Shown here piece after piece: positions 10,410-21,644 of a DNA stretch of 64,000 nt; positions within the stretch are counted from its first letter, which is position 1; the number at the start of each line of letters is the position of its first letter. This DNA comes from Tetramitus jugosus (Eukaryota > Protista > Heterolobosea): the NCBI GenBank assembly GCA_937625935.1, contig OW569366.1, forward strand, positions 372,001 to 436,000. Reading direction: 5' to 3'. The position numbers were made by a program, and so were the translations under genes. A model generated the notes under the pieces. The model was not told the origin of the DNA and searched no databases. It saw only the letters and a program-made list of their open reading frames with translations.

Positions 10410-10629
10410 TCTTGTTGTGTTTTCCGAATGCAAAATCTGTTGTTGATCTTTAAAATATACAAATAAAAGTAGTTTTTGTGTTTTGTTTTGTGGATGGATG
10501 TGATGGGAAAATGAGAAAAACGAGAGATTGGCGATTCACCACCAGATCATCACACCGGTTTTTTTGACGTGTGACAAGAAATGACAAGCGATGATGGGAA
10601 TCATTTACAGACATTGAACTAACCAAGGA

Positions 10630-12504
10630 TTAGCATCGCAAGATATGCTGGGCATGTTCAATGGCATCATTGATGTAGGTTTCCAATTTTTGTAGGTCCA
10701 CTCTGCAATCTCTGTCTCTCAATCGTTCAAACATTCTAAAGTTCAATCCTTCACTGCTTGTGAGTTCTGCTGTTAACCTTGTGTCATGATCAAATTCCAT
10801 GTAGTCAGAATCACCCTCGCAGTTGTCCAAGGGTATGTTGTATCTCCAATATCTCAATCCGACGAGCTCAGCAATACCAAAGTACAAGTTGTCGTGGATG
10901 GATTCGTGCTGTAACATGACAGCAGTCGATCCCAAAGGATTCATCCACAATAAGTGTGTAAATGTAGCGCCATACATACTTACGAACACCACACCAGGTC
11001 TTGAAAGTGCATGGATTTGTTCCAATGGAGTCATTGCTCCAAAATCAACGAAGTGAACATATTTCGCATACTTGTACATGCCACGGTTCGAAAAGTATTC
11101 CTCCACATCTTTTTGATTAATGATTTGTCTACCTCTGATAATATTTCCTGAACTTCTTGAAGAAATATAAACTATAGGTTCAACAATGGCAGAGGGAGTA
11201 AGGTATCTTTGCACAAGGGAATCTGTTAACAATGGAGGTATGTTCTGTCTGACAAAGGAGGAAAACAATCGGAAGTATCTCCTCTTTGTTCCAGAATATT
11301 CTGACTTGCTTTCTAGGAACAGAGGTAAATACATTCTGTTTGATACACCTACTACCACTCGCCGGAAACATGACTTTGTTTTACCTTCGGTTAGATCTTT
11401 CAATAGAGTGATGGGACTGTCAGAGAACAAGTTCAGTAAGAATTTTTCTGGGAAGTGATCACTATCGAAATCAGTGTTAGGTTTCAGTAGAGCAATCTGT
11501 ATTCGATTTTTCCTCATCCTCATATTTTCAAAATCGAACAACTCGGGTGCTGAATCCATGATACTGGCAAAGAGAGTTAGTATAGCACCATGAATGCTAT
11601 GATACAAGTTGTACCTCTGATCGGTGCTCATTGCATATCTATCATAGATGAAAGTAGTTCGTTCGATCATTTTCTTACAACCTTTCTCGTCGTAAATGGA
11701 GCTAGTGGGTACAATGTAGTTGGGGCTAAGGCCTCCTCCACCTTTCTCCAGTGCAGAACAATACGGGAGCGTTAAGGGATGCCGTTGAAAGGTAGGAAAT
11801 GTCTTTGAGTGGATTGTATTGGTTGAGAACCTTGGTATTTGTTTGAATTGGAAATGTTCTGGTGCATGAAACATGATAAAATAGTCTTTTCCTCTATGAA
11901 CAACAGTCACATTCTGGATCACGCAGTACCGATTTTCATGATATTGACAGTTTCTTGTCATTATCTTGCTAGAAATGCAATCAACAATAGATGAAGGTTT
12001 CGAACTCTCACTCCAAACATAGTTTGTGCATTGACAAGAATCAGAAGAATATGGTCCATCTGGATCCATGTTTCTATACTGCCATTCGGAACGATTGCAT
12101 ATGCTTAACTTACTTACTGGAATCTGTGTTTTCGGCTGACCAAACTTGTAAGCTAGAGGACAGTTCCTGTGTTTTAACCCAAGTTTACTGTCTATTCCCC
12201 TTGTGATCGGCAGTGATGGACTGACGGCTGTCTCCTCTATTGTCGCTTCTACTTTCACTTGAATTTCGTCTCTTTTAGCTATTGGTTCAGCATTAACAAC
12301 ATCTGGCACTTTCGAAATTTCATTTTCTACACATCTTCCCTTGAAGGAACGAAACCAGAAGAGCGTATTGAGCAACAACAATGACATCAAGAGAACGATG
12401 AATAGTTTTGTTGAAAGCTTTGAGAGTGGCCAACAAGAAGCTACTTGATCTTTTCTACTCTTGCCATTATTCATGCATTGTTGTTGTTGTTGTTTCAGTC
12501 TCAT
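10630..12504 (-). CDS. Type II membrane glycosyltransferase, GT61 family (EOGT/xylosyltransferase-like)
   Basis: N-terminal TM anchor; YNLYH, CFRRVVVG, GRQIIN, MTPLEQI and the HGA-equivalent motif SMYGATFTHLLWM. Confidence 0.75.
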   Translation of the reverse strand: MRLKQQQQQCMNNGKSRKDQVASCWPLSKLSTKLFIVLLMSLLLLNTLFWFRSFKGRCVENEISKVPDVVNAEPIAKRDEIQVKVEATIEETAVSPSLPITRGIDSKLGLKHRNCPLAYKFGQPKTQIPVSKLSICNRSEWQYRNMDPDGPYSSDSCQCTNYVWSESSKPSSIVDCISSKIMTRNCQYHENRYCVIQNVTVVHRGKDYFIMFHAPEHFQFKQIPRFSTNTIHSKTFPTFQRHPLTLPYCSALEKGGGGLSPNYIVPTSSIYDEKGCKKMIERTTFIYDRYAMSTDQRYNLYHSIHGAILTLFASIMDSAPELFDFENMRMRKNRIQIALLKPNTDFDSDHFPEKFLLNLFSDSPITLLKDLTEGKTKSCFRRVVVGVSNRMYLPLFLESKSEYSGTKRRYFRLFSSFVRQNIPPLLTDSLVQRYLTPSAIVEPIVYISSRSSGNIIRGRQIINQKDVEEYFSNRGMYKYAKYVHFVDFGAMTPLEQIHALSRPGVVFVSMYGATFTHLLWMNPLGSTAVMLQHESIHDNLYFGIAELVGLRYWRYNIPLDNCEGDSDYMEFDHDTRLTAELTSSEGLNFRMFERLRDRDCRVDLQKLETYINDAIEHAQHILRC

Positions 12505-12657
12505 GATTCATCAAATCAAGAAGGGATCCCTAGGCTAGCTTTTGAATTTCTGTTTTCGTAGTGCGGAGTAGACGGAACAAAAACAATATTGCCGCCTTCC
12601 TGATTTTGATGACAACGAACTCTCCAAAGAGTGAAAACACAGAAAAACAAAAAAAAA

Positions 12658-15167
12658 ATGCAATCAACAACAACGACATCAACAACAGCAACAGGACCAG
12701 TATTACGAACACCTCCACAGAAATCACCACCAGCGATCCCTTTCTCACCTCCTCCCTTTCTTCACCTCTCAAAACCACTGCAAGATTTTTCACACTTGTC
12801 CCTATTGAACAATAATATTACTCCGACTACTACTACGAGTGACAATGACAATAATAACAATAATGCAGCGATTGCATCAAGCTATTCGTGGGACAATGTG
12901 AGTCAACAATTATTGAAAATTACAGATAATTTGATTCATATCATACCTATTCATCACACACCAATGTCAATGATGACATCAGACGAGGAATTTGATTCCA
13001 TGGTGGACAAGAGTCATCCTCCAGTGCCCGTTGTTGTGTATGTTGTCAATTGTCTTTATAAGCAAATTTTTTTTGCTTGTTTTTTTGTGCTTTAGCTTTA
13101 AACTTTAGCTCTGGAAAACGGAAACACTCATGGTTGTTTTTGTTTTGGTTGGTGTGTGTGTAGTGTGCCACAGTCATTGTGTGATTTCAAGATTGAAAAG
13201 GCAAAATTGTCTCCCAATCGATCCAAACTGGTCATGTATGATCATAATAAGCGAATTGTAAGTGTACTTGTTGGTTCACACACATTTATTGTTCATTCTT
13301 TAGTTTTTCTCATGTTTATATTGTGTGTTTTTTTTACTAGTTATTGTACAATGTCGAAGATCAATTGCTTTTGCCTTCACAAGATCAATCAAGCAATGAA
13401 AATGTGGCTGCTGCCGCCTCTACGACAACAAAGAGAAGTGCTGTGATTGTCACGTGCAAGGATCCAAACGATAGAGTATTGGCAGTGTACTGGATGAATG
13501 ACTCTCACTTGTTGTTGGTGTTGACAACATCGATACAAATCATGTCTGTTCGAACCACGGTGGTCACCAATCCACCTGTATCGTCATCCGCCTCCCCTAC
13601 TACTTCCACCATTCTCCAATCCAAAACGGTGAAAAAAGTGCCATTGAATATTCGATTTCATGTCTATTCACCAGAGCACGGTCTCTTGTTGATTGCACTG
13701 GAGGGGGATGACAGTGGATTGATACCGTTCAAGGTGTTGGATTTGGTGCGATTGAATCGATTTCAAGTCATTCCGTCGGTGCCCATGGAACCATGTGTTC
13801 AGGAGAATGAAGTTCAGTTGGTGACACTGTATGGCAAGTGTTGGTGCGTGCACGTGAGTATATATCGGAGAGAAATGTCCATTTACAAGATGAATCCGGA
13901 CAATAATTTTGTGAAATTGCGCGTTTTTAATGTGTATAATCAGGGTATGCCGCACATTACCGTGGTGGACTCGCTCTTGATATTGAACCACAGTGAAGAC
14001 AAACTCAGTACAGCATATGATATTTTTGCAAAGCAGGATGCTCCTGTTTCGCCTCCCATGTCAATTGGCTTTGGCAACAATGACCCATCTACTACTTTGC
14101 TGTACTCACCGAATTGGCTCATTCTCAATCCAAACTATATTGCTGATTTAGATAACGGCTTAATTTATGAATTGACAATCAGAATTGAGCAGATGCCAGT
14201 GAGTATTCGAAACAAGTCAGATTTGATTAAATTCCTATTCAGAAGAACAAGCTCCAAAATGGTACTTTTGAAAAAGGTGAAAACATTCATAACGGATCAC
14301 AAGGAGACCTTGCGTTCGATATCTTCTATTTTCAAATTAGTGAATCGATATTATTTGAGCGTTTTAATTAAGCGAGATTCCGATCGAATGAAACGTCAAT
14401 CGATACCGCCACCAAACCAAGATTCGCCTTATCGAAGCCGCACACTGTTCAGTTCTGTATCCGACGCATCACTATCTGACGCAGGGAACGTGAGTCCAAC
14501 GAGAGTTTCTCAAACAGATGAGAGCAGCACTGTCTCCTCAATCGGATATCCGATCGTTGAACAAATGGATATGTATATGCATGTGTTCAATCCTTTGGAT
14601 GAGGAATGCACTGGTGAGGGATCGTTCAAAGATGGATCAGTGACGACAACTGAACTTATTGCACTCGTTGTAGAGTATATCAGAAGTTTGCGAGTGTGCG
14701 GCATACCTATCCAGCACTTGCTCCAAAAGTTTTTGATTGACCTTCTGGTTAAGAACGACGATTACCATCTGCTCCACCAATACGTTCAGTACAAGGTCAT
14801 AGATGACACCATTCCTGTTGCCTGGCAGATTTTGCGCATATCTGCTCAATATGAGCCTGCGTACCAAATTGCTCTAGATATGATGAGCAGATTGCAAGCA
14901 TACGAGAATATTTGTGAGATTTTAATCAGCCGGAAGGAAGTGTCTCAAGCCCTGCAACTCATGTATCGACACCGAATCTCAAACATACCTCACAGAGTCA
15001 TACTTGAGATTGTCGTGGCAATGAACGATCCAACTTTGTTCTATAACACCATGGAAATCCTCACAAAATGTAACATTAGAAATCGAGGAACTTCTGTTTT
15101 TACCCAAGAAGACAAATGCGAAGAATTCGTTGACTTGTATAACAAAATGTTTGGCAGAATTCATTGA
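12658..15167 (+). CDS. RMC1: RMC1/Mic1 (C18orf8-like) regulator of Mon1-Ccz1, 3 exons
   Basis: C-terminal Mic1-type region (VVEYIRSL...LIDLLVKNDDYHLLHQYVQYKVIDD...QIALDMMSRL). Frame-consistent introns at 13038-13163 (GTATGT..TAG) and 13258-13340 (GTAAGT..TAG) join three ORF-track pieces. Confidence 0.8.
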
Positions 15168-15462
15168 GAATCATGATCATGCATCCATCATTAAACATGC
15201 ATGTTGTCCATCCTATGATCAGTCATTCAATCTTTTTCTCGTCGGATTTAATCATGTTGAATCCTTTATACCTTGGTGTTTAGATTATTCCTGGGGGATG
15301 AGAATAAATCCGAGCTTACTGTACAGGGCGGGTCAACGGCTTCCCATATCCCGTGAGCGAATCCCAAACAGTTTTTGTTTGCTTTGGATGGGTGCAAAAA
15401 CAGAAGTATACCTTTATAGCTAGCACGGCATCCATTTCCTTACCCTACAACAAAAAACAATC

Positions 15463-16356
15463 ATGAAGAGTCTTGACGCCAATGATCCATCTACTCTGCT
15501 GTTAGCTCGAGCACGATCGTCTTCCGGTGATCAAACTAGTGTAGGAAAGAAGGGCACGCCAGGAAAGGACTCATATCTGGACGATAATGACGAAGAAGAT
15601 GACGAGACGAGCAACCTACTTAGAACAGATGAGATTAACAATTGTAGACAAATATTTAAAAAGTATCAATCTTCACTGAATTTTGGTCGAATATCACTGT
15701 GGGATTTGAGAAAAGCTCTCAGAGAACTGGAGATTCAACCTGCAGAGGACGAATTGTTTAAAATTATAGAGTCGATACAGGAACAGGAGATGAAACCAGT
15801 TTCACCGTCTGCATTTCCTCATGACATACAAGTGAAGAAGCTACCACTGTTCACACTACAAAAGACAGGAACCATCGATTTCGAACAGTTTCTCAGCATT
15901 GTGGTCAGTCAGAAGAAGCAAGACCGACCCATTCACGACAATGAAACATGTAAGTCTTGAGCTTGTTATTTGTTTGGCGAAGTAGAATTTTTTGAACATT
16001 GTTTTCTCACATACGACTAAGTATCTGCATTTGTGGCCATGGGAGGCAACAGTGATCGGACAGGAGCGATACAAACAGAGAAGCTCACTGCTGCTTGTCA
16101 AGAATTCGGATTAACGATAGACATTGACGCTCTCATTAGAGAAGTGGACGATGACGGCAACGGAACAGTGGATTTTGATGAGTTTACCATGATGATGAGC
16201 ACGAGTAAGTTTGGAGAAGAAGATGATGATTATCATTCTCACGATATGGACTATTACGAGAAGAATTTGCGAAGATTGGACGACGCGGGAGGAGCAGACC
16301 AAGTAGTCGATGAAGAACAAGCTCTAAGTCCTGAAGATGAACAAGAATCGAACTAG
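15463..16356 (+). CDS. EF-hand protein resembling outer dynein arm docking complex subunit DC3, 2 exons
   Basis: Intron 15950-16021 (GTAAGT..AAG) gives ETLSAFVAMGGNSDRTGAIQTEKL...EFGLTIDIDALIREVDDDGNGTVDFDEF, matching the DC3-type AFVAxGGNxDxxG pattern. Confidence 0.75.
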
Positions 16357-16570
16357 CTTGTGTGTCAACACCTTGATCACTTCTCCTCTGTACATACGGA
16401 GGAATTTGACTCGTAAATGCTTTGCCACTCCTTCCTTATTTGGAGTAACTATTCCGAGCACAGCTCAAGAAACGGAACTTTTTCTCCGGAAATTATAGTC
16501 CGATAATTAGAACGGAACTTCCTGACAATGTTTCCGCAAATCTTCCAATGGTTGAATACATCCGCACGAC

Positions 16571-16578
16571 TATAAAAG
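16571..16578 (+). promoter_or_regulatory. TATA-like box upstream of the RING gene
   Basis: TATAAAAG 78 nt before the ATG at 16649, preceded by two copies of AACGGAACTT (16471, 16511). Confidence 0.4.
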
Positions 16579-16648
16579 CTTTTCCACCATGATCAAGAAA
16601 TGTAAAACCAACCAACTCTGAAAACAGGAAAAAGCAAATACAACAAAC

Positions 16649-17710
16649 ATGTCAGACCAACAACAACAGCAACCAACAACGAACGCTGGGCCTCAACAGC
16701 CACTACAATTCCACTTTCATTTTTGCTACTTTATTCCCACTACAACAACAACTACAACAACTACAGCTTTTAGCTCTCACTCCAACCATGATCAACAACA
16801 ACAAGAACGATCTCAGTATCAACAACCAGGCAATTACATGACCAATGAAATGTTCAACCAATTCTTGGCTCAAATGTTTCAAGCTCACATGAACACTGGT
16901 AGCAATAACAACCAAAATCAAGTCAAGGCCACTAAAAAGTCCATTTTGAGTCAATTACCAGTGTACTCTTGTGACACAAGTGATAGCTATCAATCCCAGT
17001 TTGGTGACTGCACATGTGAGTGCTCCATTTGTCTCAGTGACAGTGAACAAGATGAAAAATTGATGAAATTGCCCTGTACGCACACATTTCACAAGGATTG
17101 TGTTCTTCCATGGCTCCAAAATCATCATTCATGTCCAGTGTGTCGCTTCGAACTACCTATTGAAGTCGTCCATCACCACAACCAACCTTCCAATAACAAC
17201 AAATGGTTGAATGATAATATGGATGATGAAGAAAATAGAGGAGTCAAACAGAGAATGATGGAACAGTATGGTCCAGAGAGCTTACAATTGATGGAAATTG
17301 GATCAGATATCCAAAGATCGTACTCTGAGTTGCAACAATGGGAAAAAGTGAAGAATCATGCTGAAAATTCAAAGGATGAACCATCATCATCATCGTCTCA
17401 TGTGACATTGAACTCACTTGAAATTCAATTGAATAGGAGTATGGATAAGTTGGATGGATTAATCATACCATCTTGTTCATCCTCATCACAGGGACCTGAA
17501 CACAGTGAACAAAGTGTGGATGAAGATGGAGATGAAAGAATGTCAACCAGTGAAGAGAACAACGATGAATCTTCAACAACCAGCAACATTCCATCTCGCA
17601 AGTATTCATGGGACTGGACAAAGATTAGACAAATGAGAAGACAACTCATTCATCGGATACAGGCATTGCTCACAAGGATCGATCGACTTAGGACAGTTGA
17701 CAGCCTTTGA
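16649..17710 (+). CDS. RING-H2 E3 ubiquitin ligase with a C-terminal BAG-like domain
   Basis: CSICL...LPCTHTFHKDCVLPWLQNHHSCPVCR (C3H2C3); C-terminal LEIQLNRSMDKLDGL...IRQMRRQLIHRIQALLTRID. Confidence 0.85.
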   Translation: MSDQQQQQPTTNAGPQQPLQFHFHFCYFIPTTTTTTTTTAFSSHSNHDQQQQERSQYQQPGNYMTNEMFNQFLAQMFQAHMNTGSNNNQNQVKATKKSILSQLPVYSCDTSDSYQSQFGDCTCECSICLSDSEQDEKLMKLPCTHTFHKDCVLPWLQNHHSCPVCRFELPIEVVHHHNQPSNNNKWLNDNMDDEENRGVKQRMMEQYGPESLQLMEIGSDIQRSYSELQQWEKVKNHAENSKDEPSSSSSHVTLNSLEIQLNRSMDKLDGLIIPSCSSSSQGPEHSEQSVDEDGDERMSTSEENNDESSTTSNIPSRKYSWDWTKIRQMRRQLIHRIQALLTRIDRLRTVDSL

Positions 17711-17880
17711 GATTAACAAGAATGGAACAACGAGAATTTGTAAATAAAGTAACTAGGTAACTTATTCTTGAAACAAAATTATCTACAATCTTCTCCTGGG
17801 CTAGACTCTGGCAAGAAAACGGTGCCCATGCACAACACCTAAAGCAAGAGCACCTTTGGATCTGTTCCATGGAGGCAAAA

Positions 17881-17999
17881 GCCTACATTACTGAGGGTTC
17901 TCGAGTAGTCTCCTATCTCAATACTAACTCAGCCAGATGGTGCTTAACTTCTCTATTCGAAATGGGAAGAGGTGGTTCCACCATTGTATGAACGTAGAC
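17881..17999 (-). rRNA. 5S rRNA
   Basis: 119 nt GTCTACGTTCATAC...GAAGTTAAGC (box A)...GTTAGTA...GTAGGC with complementary ends, followed by the TTTT Pol III terminator (17877-17880). Confidence 0.93.
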
Positions 18000-18117
18000 A
18001 TCTATCCTGTTTTTTCACATACTTTGGCCGCTTCTGGTGCCACAAGTAGATGCCGGAGCGCGCAAAAGCGGGCAGTAACAGCACTTGTGCAGATTTTAGC
18101 ACCCTAATGGTCCATAG

Positions 18118-18729
18118 ATGACTGAAGGCAGGAAAGGTGTGGGAAAATCTGAAGAGGATGGATCAGCGTACTCTTGGGGTTCAAACTTTTGTGGGTTTGA
18201 CTCTCTTTCACCGGAAGAATCAGTTACTAGCCCCGCTTTGGTATGTGGTATTCCTATATCTGAGAAACTTGTCGATGCAAGATGTGGTCGTAGCTTTACA
18301 GTTTTTCGAACAGAGTCAAACAAGTTTTATGGTTGTGGAGAGAACGGCCATGGAGGTTTGGGACTTCCTCTCATGGACAAACAATTAGTTGTCAGTGAGA
18401 TCCCTCTGCCAATGGGTACAGTGCTCGATTTCAGTTGTGGAGCAAACTATACTGTGTTTACAACAAAGGAGGGAGGCATCTACGCATGTGGTGGAAGAAG
18501 GTGGGGCTTTAGTTCCTATTCCTCGCAAGCTCGAGATGGTGAGCTGATTGAAGTTTGTTTGCCCGAAACTTCTTACGATCCCACTCACAGTGAATTACGT
18601 GTGGCTTGTGCTCAGAACGGCTATCATACCCTTTTGTATAGCGTCACGAAACCTAATTCAACCATGTCTTACAAGTTGTTCACTGCTCAACAAAACGGAA
18701 GACTTTGTGATGTTACTGTTTTTTGGTGA
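18118..18729 (+). CDS. Short RCC1-repeat protein, possibly a fragment
   Basis: YSWGSN, ARCGRSFTVF...YGCGENGHGGLGL, SCGANYTVF...IYACG; only about 3-4 blades. Confidence 0.65.
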   Translation: MTEGRKGVGKSEEDGSAYSWGSNFCGFDSLSPEESVTSPALVCGIPISEKLVDARCGRSFTVFRTESNKFYGCGENGHGGLGLPLMDKQLVVSEIPLPMGTVLDFSCGANYTVFTTKEGGIYACGGRRWGFSSYSSQARDGELIEVCLPETSYDPTHSELRVACAQNGYHTLLYSVTKPNSTMSYKLFTAQQNGRLCDVTVFW

Positions 18730-19162
18730 AGACAATAAACATTGAAAAGTGGATGTGATTGAGAACTGGTGTTAATCAACTCGCAGCAGCTCAAGTCAAC
18801 TCCTCTGAATAAAGTCGGGAGTGTGGGAGTGCGGAATGTCGGCGAAGTGGAGATGAACTCCGTTAAAGCTGAATTTGTCCTGACTCCGGACATTCGTGTG
18901 ACGCTTGGGAAAATTGAGTGCACATATTAAAACGGAAGATTTCCACGTGAGTGTCAAAACTTGAGCCTAACCAACAACAAATACCTTTGTGCTTTTCGCG
19001 TATTTGTGAACCGAACTGACCTTCCAAATGGCGGGGTATGGAGTTGGATTTTGGAGTTCAACTCCTTGGTGGACGGAATTATTGCAATTTAAAGAAGTTA
19101 AAGTCGTGCTTCTACCATTCTTTTTCTCATACCACAAACAAAAACAAAGATATATCTTACAG

Positions 19163-20104
19163 ATGTTTAAATTATCTGCACTTCTAATCGCCTTATTCTG
19201 CTTGATTGGCGTTGCTTTCTCTGCTATCTCATTGAATGACCCAGAATTGATTCACACCATCAATTCTCACCCTACTGGTGCTTGGAAAGCCACTTCTTAT
19301 GCCAAATTCGAAGGAAAGACCTTGAGTGATGTTGATCACATGTTTGGTGCCTATTTGACAAATTCTGTCAGACCATCCATGTACGCTGTTGCACAACCAA
19401 CAAACCAACGTTCTTTGAGACAACTCCCAGACAGCTTCAATGCTCGCGACAAGTGGTCAAAGTGTGTTCACCCAATCAGAGACCAAGAATCCTGCAGCAG
19501 CTGCTGGGCATTCTCATCCTCTGAGATGTTGAGCGATCGTTTCTGCATTGCATCCAACGGAACCATCAACACTGTTCTCTCTCCTCAATTCATGGTCAGT
19601 TGTGACAAGTTTGATGCGGGATGCAAAGGTGGAAACATGGACAGTTTGTGGAAATTCTTGACCACAACTGGAACTGTTGAAGATTCCTGTTGGCCATATG
19701 TTTCTGGTGATGGAGATGTTCCAAGTTGCAGAAAAACTTGCGTCAATGGTGAAGCAATGAAGTTCTACAAGGCAAAGTCTGTCAAGAACTTCCATCCAAA
19801 TGATATCGAATCAATGCAACATGAAATCATGACCAATGGACCAATTATGTCAGGATTCATGGTTTACCAAGACTTTGTGCAATACACATCTGGTGTCTAC
19901 CATCACATCTCTGGAGCTTTCATGTCTGGTCATGCCATCAAGATTGTTGGCTGGGGAGTCGATTCTCAATCAAAGTTGCCATACTGGATCGTTGCCAACT
20001 CATGGGGGGTTGATTGGGGAATGAATGGCTTCTTCTGGATCAAGAGAGGTTCCAATGAATGTGAGATTGAGGAGTACATGTACACTGCTAACGCTCAATT
20101 ATAA
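19163..20104 (+). CDS. Cathepsin B-like papain-family cysteine protease (pre-pro)
   Basis: Signal peptide from MFKLSALL; LPDSFNARDKW, QESCSSCWAF (catalytic Cys), GHAIKIVGWG (His), WIVANSWG (Asn), IKRGSNECEIE. No His-His occluding loop. Confidence 0.93.
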   Translation: MFKLSALLIALFCLIGVAFSAISLNDPELIHTINSHPTGAWKATSYAKFEGKTLSDVDHMFGAYLTNSVRPSMYAVAQPTNQRSLRQLPDSFNARDKWSKCVHPIRDQESCSSCWAFSSSEMLSDRFCIASNGTINTVLSPQFMVSCDKFDAGCKGGNMDSLWKFLTTTGTVEDSCWPYVSGDGDVPSCRKTCVNGEAMKFYKAKSVKNFHPNDIESMQHEIMTNGPIMSGFMVYQDFVQYTSGVYHHISGAFMSGHAIKIVGWGVDSQSKLPYWIVANSWGVDWGMNGFFWIKRGSNECEIEEYMYTANAQL

Positions 20105-20148
20105 ACCCATTCACATTAATATACAAAATTGTTATTGAAAAGACTCAA

Positions 20149-20520
20149 TCATTCAAGGTCTAAATGTTCGTAGCTCTGATACGCTTTCTTGATTAGAGCA
20201 TTGTCTATTCCGCTGTTACGCCAATTGAGAGTGCGAATACCCTTCAAATTGAAGAATGAATCCTCTGTGATCAATTTTGGACTGCATCCATTCATGTACA
20301 GCGAGTCAATACCACTTAAATATGGAAATGCTTTTGCCTGCAACAACTCATATCGAGCGTGAATGCCCTTCAAGTGAGGGAAAGCTTTGTCCATGATTTG
20401 ATTGCAACGAATCATAGAGTGTGTGAATGCCAGCGCAGTGATAAAATGCATTATCTGTAATGTGACTACACTCAATCAAATAGAGTGTATGAATGCCAGT
20501 CAAATTAACTGTTTTACGAT
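20149..20520 (-). pseudogene. Frameshifted leucine-rich-repeat gene remnant
   Basis: Repeats LTGIHTLYLIECSHITDNAF / CNQIMDKAFPHLKGIH / LSGIDSLYMNGCSPKLITEDSFFNLKGIRTL are split across two frames with no clean start. Confidence 0.65.
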
Positions 20521-20641
20521 GATCGTGCATTGCCAAAAATCTTTGTTTATTACGATAAAATGGTCGAATGGAAGGCTTTAGCTCTTTAGGTTGTTCCCTG
20601 GTGTGTATTTACAATGACTTTCGCCGACCCCTCGAATAAGA

Positions 20642-21124
20642 TTAGAACACAGGGCATTGAGAACCAACTGGTCTCAAGTTACCACCTTGACCTGGAGCAC
20701 CTGGGCAGCATTGGAATTGTTGAGATGAATAACAAGCTCCATTGCAAGACAATGGAGCATTAACAGGACAGAGTTGACGAGCTGGAGCTCCGGTGGATGG
20801 TTGATTGTTTACTGCACAAATATGGATGGCAGTATCATAACAAGCCTTGTTGCAGCATCGAAGACCAGCAGGACACAAGCATGCATCACCGACTGACAAA
20901 TCAGTAATGCAGTTATACTGAGTACTGCTGTAGCATTGCTCTTGAGTTGGAGTTGGAACGCCTCTCACTGGCGGAGGAGTCCATCTGCAACACAACGGAG
21001 TGTTTGGTTGAGCAGCGCAGAGTGCAACCTTCTGTTGGCAAGTACCAACACCTGTTCCTTGAACACTCAATGTTCCCAAAAGGCAAATGAAGAGGCAGCA
21101 GGCAAGAATGTTAAAGACTCTCAT
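20642..21124 (-). CDS. Small secreted Cys-rich protein with three CxxxCY...C modules (CBM52-like)
   Basis: ATG at 21124, signal peptide MRVFNILACCLFICLLGTLSVQG; QCYSSTQYNC, CNKACYDTAIHIC, CNGACYSSQQFQC. Confidence 0.8.
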   Translation of the reverse strand: MRVFNILACCLFICLLGTLSVQGTGVGTCQQKVALCAAQPNTPLCCRWTPPPVRGVPTPTQEQCYSSTQYNCITDLSVGDACLCPAGLRCCNKACYDTAIHICAVNNQPSTGAPARQLCPVNAPLSCNGACYSSQQFQCCPGAPGQGGNLRPVGSQCPVF

Positions 21125-21644
21125 GTTAGATGATTGATTGTTAGTTTTGTTTGTTTGTTGTTTGAGTTCAGTGGAAAGCAACAACTTCTCATCCTTTTAT
21201 CTGTGCACCTCTGGGTTATATTAGACTCTGGGTTAATTGGCAGTTGATATTTTTCATTTCATCAGGTTGAATTCTTTGATTTTGTGAACAACAGCTGTGG
21301 CAGAAATCTGGTCCACAAGATAGATCTTGCGGCCCAAACCAGAATTGCCCCAAGAGGAAGAAACGATCCCAAGAAGCTCGAAAAAAATGAACAAAAAAGA
21401 ACTGTCGTCTGACAAATTGCAGGAGCATTCAGATCGGGCTGAGGGAGTATTTTCAAACTGATTCCTGACATCCTATCAACTAATTGTGGATGTCATGATC
21501 TACTATTATTTTTGCTCATCCCAGTTGAACTGGACCTTTCATGTTCAAGTTATCTATCGATTGATTGAAAGTGTGAGAATACCAGTTACATGTTGTCATC
21601 CACCTCCTTCATTTTTTCATTCTTTTCATGAGTTAGAACTTTCA

